Notes: generated from the letters alone by a model not told the origin. A DNA stretch of 64,000 bases from Octopus vulgaris (GCA_951406725.2 OX597831.1:36766001-36830000); one strand, 5' to 3'; numbered from the stretch's first letter, positions 1 to 13,186 are shown. Program-made: numbers and translations.

Positions 1-90
1 TGCACTGAGGTCGATGTAATTGACTTAATCCCTTTGTCTGTCCTTGTTTGTTCCCTCTATGTTTAGCCCCTTGTGGACAATAAAGAAATA
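1..90 (+). mobile_element. SINE family B (Nin/Deu-domain) 3' tail
   Basis: Matches the 3' part of the family B copies at 14272-14700 (gtcgatgtaatcgacttaatcc...gccccttgtgg.caataaagaaata). Confidence 0.8.
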
Positions 91-300
91 TATATATTTT
101 TAGTTTCAGCTCAGAGCTGTGGCGAAACTGGGGCAGCACCGTTTTGTTATACTGCTATTATTGAGATACTCCTCTGATATGTGGCATTTGGTGAATAAGG
201 GAGTTTGATGTTGTTACCCTCATTTGCACCTCTTGCCGTGAGGTAGGTTCATCTGGGACTCTCGACAGGAAGAGGTCCAGTTTTGATTTGAAAACGCCTA

Positions 301-508
301 CTCTTTTACTCTTTTACTTGTTTCAGTCATTTGACTGCGATCATGCTGGGGCACCACCCTTAGCCATGCAAATCAACTGCAGATTTTATTCTGTGTAAGC
401 CTAGAACTTATTCTATCGGTCTCTTTTGCTGAACCTCTAAGTTACAGGGACGTAAACACACCAGCATCGGTTGTCAAGCAATGTTGAGGGACAAACACAG
501 ACAAACAA

Positions 509-539
<31 letters not shown>

Positions 540-1670
540 AAAGCACACACACACACAAAAGCACACACACACACACATATATATAAAACTCAACTTGCGT
601 GTCTGTGTGTGTATCTATGTGTTTAACTTCCCAGCACATCTCCTCCTAGCCAACAAAGCGTAGAACAACCAAAAACGGGTCACTTAAAGTTTAGGCGAAT
701 GAAAATTGAACTGCGCTATTTCTGTTCTGAAATTCATCTCGCAAGTGCAAAAATCGATAATGTGCTTGTTTAGGCCTTATCCCATGCATTGAATAGTGAA
801 CTTTACTCAGTCAGCTGTTTGACGTGAACTGTGTTCACCATGCGTGCAAGCATGCATAAATTGCATGAAAAATAAAAAAATCAAGATATAAAAACGAATC
901 GCCGTAAACATTGTAGAAATTTGGCAAAGAAATGAATTTTCGAGATGTAGCCTGGAGGGTTTTTTTGTATTAATCGTTTGGACTTTGTGAACACATACCA
1001 ATTATTTTCATAACATTTTTAACGCTTTGAATTAAATGTGACCATTTTGTGTTGAGTCTGCAGTTTGAATCACTTTCACCAAATTTTAGCAGGCCGGATT
1101 TTTGATCATCACGATACATCGCCAGCGATTCCATGAAACTCTCCCCTGAAATCCCCGTTGAGAAATCTATATATATAAAACTCAACTTGTGTGTCTGTGT
1201 GTGTATCTGTGTGTGTGTCTGTGTGTTTAACTTTTGGATCTACCAAGTTTCATTATTAAGGATGGAAAGTAGTGTGTAGCAAATCTATATATATAAAGCT
1301 GAAGTTGTCTGTGTGTGGCAGGTTTGGTAGCCTTCAACTAACACTATCTCTTTCGAGACCTGTAGCACAAGTTGATCAAAATTGAGAGTGTGATAGAAGA
1401 AGGCTTGATCTTAATTCTGTAGAAGATAAAATTCAAATCGGACCATGTTAACACCAAAAATTATTTACATCAAAAGGGTGCTTTTTTTCTTTAAAAATCC
1501 CGATTTTTTACGATTTTTGACTGCTGTGTCACCATTTCTCGGTGTATATCAACTGGAAAAATGTTCACTTGAAGAGAATAACAAGTTGCATAATGCAAAA
1601 TTTTTACTTTTCAAAAATTCCAATTCTAAAGGGTCGAAACAAACCCAAGCATCACCGGGTGATACTGTTA

Positions 1671-1704
<34 letters not shown>

Positions 1705-1865
1705 GATGGGCTTCTTCCAGTTTCCGTCTACCAAATCCACTCACAAGGCTTTGGTCAGCTTGGGGCCATAGTAGAAGTCACTTGCCCAAGGTGCCACACA
1801 GTGGGACTGAACTCAGGACCATGTGGTTGATAAGCAAGCTACTTACAATACAGCCATTCCTGCAC
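301..1865 (-). mobile_element. SINE family A (CORE-like tRNA SINE) split by a Helitron
   Basis: 3' half at 301-~575 and 5' half at ~1700-1865 are collinear with the full copies at 48703 and 62806. Confidence 0.85.
577..1671 (+). mobile_element. Non-autonomous Helitron with stacked 5' ends
   Basis: 5' TCTATATATATAAA heads at ~577, 1166 and 1284; 3' end cccaagcatcaccgggtgatactgttag|t resembles ccgagcaacgccgggcgatactgctag|t at 26950. Confidence 0.75.
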
Positions 1866-1867
1866 CT

Positions 1868-2140
1868 ACGTTCATTTTCTGTAGGTCCCTCAGGCTCTTT
1901 GGGAGAATATTAAAAAGCCGTGGACCCCTAAAACCCAGGCTGTTGCAGTAACTGTTCCTGAACTGCGATGGCATTGTTGGGATCTTTGGCACTGTGCAGT
2001 GTCGACCTGTTTGGGCATTTGTGTAGCTTTCAATGAAAAAATTTGGCACAATTCCTTCCAGGATCTTTCAGATGAATATTACTGCATACCTCCCCCGGCT
2101 TCACTCCAAGGAGTAGAGTCTTAGCTGTTTCAGCCTTTCT
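1868..2140 (-). pseudogene. CR1/L2-group LINE ORF2 C-terminal fragment
   Basis: Translates ERLKQLRLYSLE*SRGRYAVIFI*KILEGIVPNF...GPRLFNILP, a typical post-RT C-terminus, with stops. Confidence 0.75.
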
Positions 2141-2787
2141 CAGTATATGTATGTATGTATGTACGTATGTATGTATCTACGTATGTATGTATGTACAAGG
2201 ACTGAGCATGTACTGATATCGTAAAACAACAGGAAGCTGGGTTGCAACAGAAATAACCTGAGGATATCATCCGCTTGGAAAATAAATAGTAAACACAAGC
2301 ATACTCAATGTGGCAAGTCAAATAAATTTGCATAATGAAAATCAAGTTTTATGATGTATTTGCTTTAGTTGAGTAAGTACAAAGTAAGCTGTAACTAAAT
2401 TTTGATTCAGAAAAAGATTAAAAAAAAATAAACAAACAAAACAAAAAGCAAAACGAAAGCAGAAAAAAAAAAAGCAAAAATTAAAACACAGAATGTATAG
2501 TAAGATCTTTAATGTAATCTACAAATCAGATTTTATTTTTAATATGTGGATGTTGTATGAATGGTTGCACTTATAATTCTGTTTCTATTTTCTGCAATAA
2601 ATATAAGTGTCAGTGTATCTGTGAAGAGCTATTCCTGGTGAATGTGTGAAAATGTGAGAAATTAAATTACGAGGAATTAGATGATTGCGACTAACTATTA
2701 GATTATGCACCTGAACACTTGCACACACATACGTATGCATATGTGCATTATGTACATTTATATATGCATGAGAATGTGTGAATAGGT

Positions 2788-3096
2788 GGAGGCACATGGC
2801 CTAGTGGTTAGAGCAGTGGACTCGTGGTTGAGGAATTGCGGGTTCGAATCTCAGACCAGGCAGGCGATGTGTGTGTTTATGAGAGAAACACATAAGCTCC
2901 ATGCGGCTCCGGCAGAAGGTAAGGGTGAACTTCTGCTGATTCTTTTGCCACAACTTTCTCTCACTCTTTCCTCCTGCATCTTGCAGCTCACCTGCGACGG
3001 ACCGGCGTCCTGTCCAGGTGGGGAACCTATATGCCAAGGAAACCAGGAAACTAGCCCTAATGAGCCAGGCGTGGCTCGAGAAGGAACAAACAACAA
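2788..3096 (+). mobile_element. SINE family C (tRNA-derived)
   Basis: A box TGGCCTAGTGG, B box GGTTCGAATCT, (AAC) tail, TSD aatgtgtgaata (2773-2784 and 3096-3107). Confidence 0.85.
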
Positions 3097-4194
3097 ATGT
3101 GTGAATATATAAATATGAATATATATATATATATATATACACATACACACATGCACAAACACACTCATACACACACATATACACACATAGTGAGGCAATA
3201 AGAATGAGTGCTTTACACTGCATTTGGTGGATTAACAATGCCACCAGTGGTTTCATGTGGGAAATTCCGCAATTTTCAAGCATTCCACTTAAGAATGTAA
3301 ACTGCACCCATGTTGGAAGAAAGCATGTGTGTCTGTGTGAGTGTGTATGTACTTGGTGGTCACATATATAGTAACATATGATCATTGTTCATTCGGTAAT
3401 TTTATGTCTGTTATTTTATACTAGTATGAATTAGATCGGTAGTTCTCAACTGGTGTTCATAAGGCTCCTAAAGGTTCGTATAAGATTTTTAAGGGTCCAT
3501 AAAATAGAATTGTAAATTAAGCATCCATGATATTATTTCCAGGCCCTCACCTGCCTCTGAAAAGATTTTTTGTTTTAGATGTATGTAATGGAGTGTATTG
3601 CAAGAAACACCTAGGTTTGTTTCTCTAACATTTTACATAGTTCTGAGTTGCCAAAGGATTTGTTGATCAGGAAATGACAACAAAAGACACCATATATAAT
3701 TAGTTCAGCTCAGCACAGAATATTAATATTTACACAGACAGATGTGTGCAAACATACACACTCATACATTTATATATATATATATATATATATGTATGTA
3801 CACATAAACATGCATGCTTCCATCCCACACTCTCTCTCTCTCTTTCCATTTAGATATACATACAAACATGCATACATACATACATACATACACACATGTA
3901 AAGGATAGCTTTTCGTTCATTCAAACATCTTATAGCATCTTATATTGAAGACAGTGGTGCTTCAGTTTAATCTTTCTGTAATAAGGAATTTTCATATTTC
4001 CTTATTGGTCCATTATGTTTTAGTTTGTCACAATTCCTAAGGCCATAAACATTTTAAGATGAGTTCAACAAGGTTGTGAAACATTGGGACACTCAGGAAT
4101 GTTATTATCCAAACTAAACAGAAATAACCAATAATGAAATATGAAAAAATCTTTATTAAAAAATATTAAATTCCATCACAGTTGTGTATTCAAT

Positions 4195-4236
<42 letters not shown>

Positions 4237-4559
4237 CACACACATACATATATACATGTATAACAAGTGAAGAAAGGAGTTACAACTTCATTCTTAGCTA
4301 GTTCTTTTACACTCTCTGCCCGAAGGAAAGTTACTGGATTTCTAGTTTGTTCTTTTCTACTTACTCTGAGCTGGTATACAAAGGAGTGCTAAGTGAAGCA
4401 ACCACCTCATTACACACACACACATACAAACACACACACACGCACACACACACGTACAGTAAAAATAATGGCTGCCCTGATGCAGTAACCAGGCAGTGGC
4501 TTTCATGGCTTCTGATCTTAACTGATTGGAAGTGTTATCATCTACATTGTACATGGTAT

Positions 4560-4695
4560 ATATTTCTTTACTACCCACAAGGGGCTAAACATAGAGGGGA
4601 CAAACAAGGACAGACAGACGGATTAAGCCGATTACATCGACCCCAGTGCGAAACTAGTACTTTATTTATCGACCCCGAAAGGATGAAAGGCAAAA
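4560..4695 (-). mobile_element. SINE family B, 5'-truncated
   Basis: Reverse complement of the family B 3' half. Confidence 0.8.
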
Positions 4696-4697
4696 TG

Positions 4698-5200
4698 GTA
4701 TAAAAGATGGGCTACAGCAAATATTCTGCTCAATACCACAGATTTTCTTGTCAGTTGCTTGGCCTTAAATAGTTGACCATGTCCTTTTGTGGCTGACGAT
4801 ATGTGCATTTCTGATCATGAGCAGGTGTAGTGGGGGAGCATTATAGTCAGGTGTTGAGAGGAATTCTTTGGGGTTTGAATAATTCCCTTCTGCATGTGTC
4901 TCTTGAGGCCTGCTGGTGCCTTGAAAGCCTTTTGGCAAATGGAACAAGTTTGAGGACTCAGTTTGCTGGTGAGTGCTTGTGGATCATTTACTATGTCTTT
5001 CCTTGAGTGGACACCTAGGTCTACTTTGCTTTGTGCCACAAAACCACAATAACAGGTAGAGTTTCTATTTGGAGGACCAGTGTTTTGCCAGCATGCCTTC
5101 ATGCTTACACGAAGTTGATCCTTGACTTTGCTCAAATTTTTGAACTAAAGGGAAGCAGGACTGATGCCAGGTCCTACATTCTAATGTTTTGTTTTCCCAA
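4698..5200 (-). pseudogene. RTE-type LINE 3' end (C-terminal Cys/His motifs plus 3' UTR)
   Basis: ORF 4815-5135 has CYCGFVAQSKVDLGVH and CSICQKAFKAPAGLKRH, resembling RTE ORF C-terminal zinc motifs; no splice context. Confidence 0.55.
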
Positions 5201-5477
5201 GAAGAAAAGGGAATGTTGCATCACTTCAGATTGTTTTTTTAGTTTGTCTTTGAAGCACAAGAGTGACCTTCCAACTGATTTTCCTGTTGAGAACTGGCCA
5301 AAGTAAAGTTGCTTCGGAATTCAAAATAACAATAACAAGCAATGAGAGAACACGCACATGGAATGTATTAGTTTGGAAAGAAAGAGTTTTTGACATTTCG
5401 AGCATAGCTGTTTATAGGAAAGGGAAAAGGGAAAAGGGAAAAGCCCAAAGAAGGAAAATATCACCAACAGAATGTGT

Positions 5478-5556
<79 letters not shown>

Positions 5557-5679
5557 ATATGTAAATGTAATATGTAATACAGATAAATTTCTTTATTTAC
5601 ATAATATCGAGGTCTCTTTCTTTCTTTTGTTGTCTTACCATTTTTATCAATATATATATATATATGTATGTATGTATAC

Positions 5680-6177
5680 GACCGAGACCTCTAGAGATAT
5701 GCTGTGACTGTGAAGACCCGACAAATGAAGTGAGTTCATGGCTCACAGTACGGCCTGCTATGCTAACCTTGGATCGTAGGGTGATCTGCTGTGCTTGGGG
5801 AGACCTATTGAATCAAGTACATTAACATCAAAATAAAAATCAAATGGAAATTGTAGTTGTGATACCCGTGCCAGTGGCATGTAAAAAGCATTATCCGAAC
5901 GTGGCCAATGCCAGCACTGCCTTGACTGCCATCTGTGCTGGTGGCACATAAAAAGCACCAATAAATCATGGCCATTGCCAGCCTCCTCTGGCCCCTGGGC
6001 CGGTGGCACATAAAGAGCACCCACTTCACTCACGAAGTGGTTGGCGTTAGGAAGGGTAACCACCTGTAGAAACACTGCCAGATCAGACTGGATCCTGGTG
6101 CAGCCTCTTGGCTTCCCAGACCCAAGTTGAACCATCTAACCCATGGACGATGGACAATGAATGATGATGATGATGAT
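5680..6177 (+). mobile_element. Family E: RTE LINE 3' end / non-autonomous derivative
   Basis: Internal ggtggcacataaaaagcacc repeats, ggttggcgttaggaagggc..ctgtagaaac motif, (GAT)n tail; about 8 copies in the window. Confidence 0.8.
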
Positions 6178-7021
6178 ATACAAAATGAGAGAAAGAGAGA
6201 GACCTGCAAGAACTTTATAGCCAGGGTAACAAAACAAAATGATAATCAAACTCATAACAATTTCATGAAAAATTATTCAAATGAACACAGTCGTATCTGG
6301 GTATTTTGTAAATTTACATTGAACTAATATTATGCCTTGCATCTTATTTATGCATAGATCTGATTGAATTATCAATGACAGACCGAATCATGTTTATCCA
6401 GCTTTCATGTAATTCTTCTCTTAGCTCTATAACTGATGTAATTTTCAATGCTCTTGCTAGTAAACCTTCTATCAAAATGTCCTCATAAGTGTTTTATTGG
6501 ATTATGCTTGAGATTTTAAGCAATGCATTTCGGAGATTTGAGTTTGTGAATTTTTTTCAAGTTTGTGATACCATGCTTATATAATATAAAATTCCATCTT
6601 GAAAAGGATTGGTCTTCTTATCAATTTGTATTTTGGAGTAGATAAGTAATAAACCCTTTTCAAGTCTTTTATAGTATTTTGGGCTATATAAATGATTTTT
6701 AATAAAATGAGTACTGATCTACCGATTTCCCAAACTCTCTCATCCATACAAACTGCACCAACTCCTCCAAGTTCAGCTACCACTCATAAACAATCTGGCT
6801 CTCATGTTTCGGTTTTATTGTGCCATGGATTTATGCACCTTGAGCTAAAGAACTAACAGAATTTGCTCTCATCAGTTCATATTATTGATTGCCAAAAACT
6901 TGTTTATCTTGATGCAATATTATTTAGCTCAACTTAACAATTTGGTCTTATTAACTTTTGAAATCATTAGCATTTTCCTTCGAACTCTTCATCAAAATCC
7001 AGGGACTTTTACATATTATTC

Positions 7022-7200
7022 TTAACCCTTCTGATTCCTTTCCTGTCAAAAGTGACCTGATTCAAAACAGCATCAAAATTTCATTTTGATATATTTTACG
7101 TAATAATGACATGATCATTTCACTGAAATCTTTATTATTTTAAAGATTAATTGAAACAAATATGGCACATATCAACAAAAATATAGTAAAAAAATGTTAA
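7022..7200. mobile_element. Decayed piggyBac-like MITE
   Basis: ttaaccctt start, gttaa end, internal similarity to 7959-8177. Confidence 0.45.
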
Positions 7201-7402
7201 GCAATATGGTGATAAATACCCAAAACTAAAATACTCTCTGATAGTTACAAGTTGATCTTTAGCTTCTCAGAAGTCTTTGGCAGACTCCCAGATCTTTCTT
7301 ACATTTGGCAATACCCATCTTCAATCAACCTCTTGATTATGTAATTTGCTGTTTGATTATTAATATAAGAAAACTGAAGTAATTGAATAGGCTTGTTGAT
7401 TG

Positions 7403-7663
7403 TGTAGTGTGATGGAGGAAAAGGACAACAGAAAAAGAAGCAACGGGAGAAAGAAATACAAAAGGTCTTACCTCGGCGAAATCAGCGGTCACTCTCACCA
7501 AGTCAACATGTCTTGTTGCTCTGCCCTCTTTGCTGGAACTGACCACATGTGCTTGCTGACCACACGTGCTTGCTGCCCACACATGCCCCTTTCACTCTTC
7601 AGCCGACCCCTGCAAGCCTTACTTCTGCCCACCTCATCAGTCATCCTCTCCACCAACACCACA
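7403..7663. mobile_element. Possible solo LTR
   Basis: GC-richer island bounded by TGTAGTGT...ACACCACA (TG..CA, 7/8 inverted match); no clear TSD. Confidence 0.3.
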
Positions 7664-7842
7664 TAGCTCATCACAGCCCATAACACCGCTAACACCACAG
7701 ATTATATAACTACAAATGTTGCAATGGACTATTGTAGTATAGATCCTATGCATATATCATGTATGTTAGTCTCTTTCCATACCATCCAACCAAATTGCTG
7801 AATCCTGACATACATGCAGCACCCTTCCAGTATGTATTTGTG

Positions 7843-8436
7843 GAACTCTGTTAGTTATGACAATGACGAGGGTTCCAGTTGATCTGATCAACGAAACAGC
7901 CTACTTGTGAAATTAATGTGCAAGTGGCCAAGCACTTCACAGACATGTGTACCTTTAACCCTTTTGATACCAATCCGGTTGAAATTGGGTCTGGCTCTGA
8001 GTACAAATGTCTTGTTTCCACAAGTTTTGAATTAAAATCTTCCACCAAACCTTAGTCACAATTTATGTTCCTAACATTACCTTAATGATAACTAAGTTAT
8101 TTTACTAAATTCTTTGTTATATTTAAAGTAAATGAAAGAAACACAGAGCATTTAAAATAAATACAGTAACGAAAGGGTTAACGCAGTTCTTGGGGTGATT
8201 CAGCATGACACAGTGTGACAAGGCTGGCCCCCTTCGAAATATAGGTATAGCAGAAACAGGAAGAAAGAGTGAGAAAAAGTTGTAGAGAAAAAGCACAGCA
8301 GGGTCCCCCCCCCCCCTGCAAGAGCCTTGTGGAGCTTTAGGTGTTTTCACCCAATAAACACTCACAATGCCTGGTCTGAGAATCGAAACCATGATCCTAC
8401 GACCTGTTGCCCTAACCACTGGGCCATTGCGCCTCC
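7843..8436 (-). mobile_element. SINE family C interrupted by a piggyBac MITE
   Basis: Collinear with 45861-46214 apart from the insertion at a TTAA. Confidence 0.85.
7959..8177. mobile_element. piggyBac-type MITE
   Basis: TTAA duplicated on both sides, CCCTTT..AAAGGG termini; the uninterrupted SINE C copy at ~46095-46106 has a single TTAA. Confidence 0.85.
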
Positions 8437-8547
8437 ACATTTGTATATATATGTACTGGAATAAATATCCTCAGACAGAACACTAATGAACTATAGTAAA
8501 TCTGGTGTTGTTTTATTCTTTTTTGTATGAATGCAAAAATATCTCTA

Positions 8548-8705
8548 TAACACGTAAAAACACCATTTGAGCATGGCTGTTGCCTGTACTGCCTGACTGG
8601 CCCTCGTTCCAGTGGCACATAAAAGCACTCACTACACTTTTGGAGTGGTTGGCATTAGGAAGGACATCTAGCTGTAGAAACTCTGCCAGATCAGACTGGA
8701 ACCTG
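8548..8705 (+). mobile_element. Family E fragment
   Basis: gtggcacataaaagcac...ggttggcattaggaagg. Confidence 0.75.
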
Positions 8706-8732
8706 GATTCTCATTCTTAAGGTATTTTTCGA

Positions 8733-8786
<54 letters not shown>

Positions 8787-9169
8787 CATTATTATTATTG
8801 CCGTTGTTGTTGTTCAGGTCACTGCTTGGAATCGAACTCAGAATCTTGGGGTTAGTAGCTCATGCTTTTAACTACTACATCATATACCCATGTCCACGGG
8901 CATACTAATCCGTGCCCACGGGCTACTAACCCCAAGATTCCGAGTTTGATTCCAAGCAGTGACCTGAACAATAATAATAATAATAGTAATAATAACATTG
9001 AAAATTACCTTAGGAATGAGAACTCGGGTTCGAAATTTCCCCAAGATACCTAATGAAGGCTGGAGGGTAGATCAGCTGAAACGTTGTGTTAACAACAAAC
9101 AAAATGAGGACAAATATCCGTCGAGTGTAAATAATGTACATAATTCCTCATCTCTTAAATATAGAACTG
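8701..9169. mobile_element. Family D: palindromic tRNA-head / hammerhead-tail element
   Basis: Minus arm 8701-8890 and plus arm 8918-9169 lie head-to-head; same family as 33658-34159. Confidence 0.8.
9042..9093 (+). ncRNA. Minimal type I hammerhead motif (core mutated to CUAAUGA)
   Basis: gatac CTAATGA a ggctg..cagct GAAA cgtt gtgtt. Confidence 0.6.
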
Positions 9170-10049
9170 TATACATACCGCTAGTTAGATATATATACAT
9201 ATGTATGTGTATAACGCATGAGTATATGCACATTGAGCTTCTGCATATTTTTTTGTCCAGATGGAGACCTTGATTACTCCAAGATGCTTCTACAAGACAT
9301 TTATAAAAGTTGAAAAACAGTAGAATGGAACTCAGGTCCCTGTAATTCCAAAGAAAACTTCTTATCTATTCTAATATTACTCCACCTAACAATATAAATA
9401 TAACAAAATTACGTAATATTTTCTATGAGAATATAAGTAAAATTAATCTGTTTTTGTCAAATTGCCAATATATTCTGCAAAAGAATGTATCATACTTAAT
9501 TTAGATAACTAACTGAGGTTAATTACTCAGAAATATAAATATTTACTCAATGATTACTTGGAGTAAAAGTGAATAATGTTAATAGTCTAATTCTTGATTA
9601 TGTCTCATTAACTTAGGGTTCCAGTCAAAATTAATCATTATAGCAACAATGCCTATGTTTATAAAACGGTAACTTCATTTGGATGTGTAAATACAAATCC
9701 ACACACACATAAACCCGAATATAAATATATAATTCAACTTTTCCATAGCAGTAACAATAGCCAGTTGTTAGAATTCAGTATTGTTACACTTGTAATGAAC
9801 ATAAATATACATGATATATGAATGTCCCTCTGCCTTGGTTGCGACATCATATGACGGCTGTAAATGAACTTCACCGTCAAACAAGTGATGTCAGCTGCTT
9901 CCAGTCTTCCATGAAAATTGTTTTCTGGACATGAAGAAATATTGTTTTAACAAATTCCTTTTGACCACTGTCATCTTGTCATCATCATTATTAAAACAAT
10001 GACGTTGATGATGCATATTTATTTTTGCAGTGCATATATATACATATAC

Positions 10050-10101
<52 letters not shown>

Positions 10102-10124
10102 CATATATATATATACATACATAA

Positions 10125-10160
<36 letters not shown>

Positions 10161-10180
10161 ACAAAGCGTACGTATGCTGG

Positions 10181-10221
<41 letters not shown>

Positions 10222-10224
<3 letters not shown>

Positions 10225-10750
10225 GATTAAAAAATGGGACAAAAAAGCAAAACATCCAGATAGACGATACAAAAAAAAAAACCGGGACGGGTCATTCAAA
10301 TTTTTCTTTCTTCAGTCAAGCACCAGATTATCCTCGCAATTTTGGCTGATTATTCTTGAGATTGCTCCAATCTGGCCAGAGCCAAGAAAAAACTAAGCTA
10401 AGAGCATTAGATTCCTTGGAAGAAAGCAGCGAATGTATACAAAAACAAGGAGGGAAAAAAACGGATGTTACACATACACAATAAAAATAGCAACAGGACA
10501 TAACAACAGGTGTCTTTTGACTAAGGATGAATTGAATTAAGCTGGTGCCTGTGGAAATGAAGCCTTGCAGAATATACAGATACAAAAATTTCACAAGCAC
10601 AGGGAAGAATATCAATGTTGTATGGACCAGGGTCAGACCAAGAAAGAAAGAGCAAGCAGGCTTGGCCGATCGGTCACGTGGGAAGAGAAGAGAGAGAAGT
10701 AGAAGCAGATGGACAGAAGAATTAAGGAGGGGCAAGAAAAAATGACAGGG
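10222..10750. repeat. Unclassified interspersed repeat
   Basis: Related sequence at 63270-63455 (gggtcattc...cagtcaag..ccaga...cttgagat). Confidence 0.5.
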
Positions 10751-10762
10751 ATACAGTATATC

Positions 10763-10793
<31 letters not shown>

Positions 10794-11681
10794 ATATAAC
10801 TGCAGTGAATTTGCCTTTAGAAGTCGAAGTATTCCACAAATGTATTTTAACTAACCATATACATACATGGTTGGCTCGAGGTACCATCAACTTGGACAGC
10901 CACCCAGGGAACCATGTGCTAGGGGGCGCCAAGGAGGGCATGACAAAAGCAGGGAAATTTCCACGATCATCAGCTTGTACATACTGAAGTTCAGCTTGCC
11001 CAGCGTGCCAGCAACCCTAGGGCCAGTCCTGTGTGTGTGTGTGTGTTTGTGTGTGTGTGTGCGTGTTTGTGTGTGTATGTGTGTGTGTGTGCACGCACAC
11101 ATGTGTATGTGTCTGTGTTCACTTTCTTTTTTAACTCTAGGAATTCTTCCTTAGTTAAATCTACTTTATGTTCCCATAGACTGCAAAGACCCCTAATTTA
11201 AAGATGCCGCATCAATGGATCAATGATCACACAGTCACAACAACATAGTTTACTTCTATTGTTTTGCACCCTGGGTATAGTTTATGATTCTACTTGTAAA
11301 TCTCATTTTGCAAATCTTACGAGAATTTTCTACCATTATTTCGTGGTTAACATTAAGAAAGCTGTAAAAATTCTTGCTTTCATCATATGCAAATCTTGAA
11401 ATTTGCATTAACCAGCAACACACTCTTAGATGCAAAACTGTACAAACAAGATTCGTTTTTTTTTTGTTTTTTTTTTGTAAAAAAAACAAAACAAAAATAC
11501 TTAACTTGTCAGTTAGAGATGATTGAATTAACCCTCATGTATTGCTATGGACTATTTTTATTGACATTGTGCGAGGACGAGAAGAAAATTGCAAATTCAG
11601 ATCAGCTACACTTAAGTATTTTCATTTTCTTTTTTTCTTTTTTTTTTATTTTGCACCTTGACATAAAAATTCCAAGTGTTT

Positions 11682-12138
11682 GAAGGGGAGAAAGAGCAGT
11701 GGAAGAGCAAGAGGGAAAGAGGGAGGGAGGGAGGGAGAGAGAGGTAGAGGAGAGTGAGGCGGAGGGGAGAGAGGGAGAGGGTGAGAGGGTACATATATAT
11801 AGAGAGAGGGAGAAAGGAAGTGAGAGGAAGAGAGGGAAAGAGGAGAGGAAGGAGATAAGGGAAGAGAAAGCGCGAGAGAGGGATATAGGGAGATACAGGG
11901 AGGGAGAGAGAGACAGAGAGGGAAGGAAAGAAAGTGAGAGAGAGGGGAAGAGAGATAGAGAGAAAAAGAGGAGGGGAAGGAGATAGGATGAAGAGAGGGA
12001 TATAGAGAGAGGGGGAAATGAGAGACAGGAAGTTTTGTAAACAGGAAAATAGAAAGGATGATGAAAGATAAGGGAGAGTCACATAGAGAGAGATACAGAG
12101 AGGTAGAGAGAGAGAGAGAGAGACAAATAAATAGATAG

Positions 12139-12169
<31 letters not shown>

Positions 12170-12225
12170 AAGATAGATTGATAAATACAGAGAGAGACAG
12201 AGAGAGAAAGAGAGAGATAGGGAGG
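11682..12225. repeat. Polypurine (GA-rich) and TAGA tract
   Basis: About 540 nt almost entirely purine on the + strand. Confidence 0.9.
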
Positions 12226-12963
12226 AATATTTAGCGTGTCATGTTTATACCTTTTTCCCGTAATGGTCGACTCAATACAAGTGAAAAACGACAGATCCAT
12301 GAGGGAATAGAAAGCCATATAACTTACTTGCTTCACCATGAAGCAACACAGCATCATAGTACAATACCTACCACACTGTTATTGCAATAACTCTTTCTGT
12401 CTGATTGAGTTTATTCCATTAATTGATTTTTTTTTTCTTTTCTTTTTTTTTTTTTTGCGGAACAATGTTATCAGGAATAAAATAAAATCACCTTTCAGAT
12501 ATCTTTGACTCTTCAGACTGATTGATTCAAATAACTATTAATTTCAAATATATTTATTTCTATTCCTCTTGTTCCATTTTCTCCTACACTGAACTTGGAA
12601 TCTGAATCAATCTCTAATTGAAACAATCTACTTACAACCGAAATTTATAGGAAACTTTCTGTCAAACGTAGTTCTTCGCGGTTACCTTCACCAACGTTTG
12701 AACCAACAAACAGACGCACACATCAAATACTATTATGCGTTTGTTTTATTTTTTTTAGTTTTGGGGCTTTCGATTTTCAAGATCTTTGCATCAGTTTTTA
12801 TTTGTTTGTTGTATTTTTTTAAATATTGCCTTATTTGTTTTTAAATTGAAAAAGTACAAAAAAACTGCTTTCTTTAGATTTATATGTATGCATGTGTGTA
12901 TTTTCATATATTTGTATGTATGTATATATATGTGTGTGTGTTTAAAAAATATACACATATATC

Positions 12964-13017
<54 letters not shown>

Positions 13018-13148
13018 ACACACACAAACACACACACATACACATACACAAATTACACAAATATACATACACTCGTACATATATATATACACACGTACAA
13101 AAGCAGATACACAGACATGCACATATGTACATATGTGTGTGTGAGTAC

Positions 13149-13186
<38 letters not shown>

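Noticed and set aside
215-262. HDV-like ribozyme suggested by cac-ctcttgcc-gtg
   Set aside because: No P1 or P2 pairing could be built.
4815-5135. C2H2 zinc-finger host gene
   Set aside because: The motifs are unlinked, lack TGEKP linkers and fit an RTE ORF C-terminus followed by its 3' UTR.
5385-5420. Minus-strand agc-tat-gct-cGAAAtGTC hammerhead-like remnant (similar at 37575-37627)
   Set aside because: The CUGANGA core is too degraded to call from one copy.
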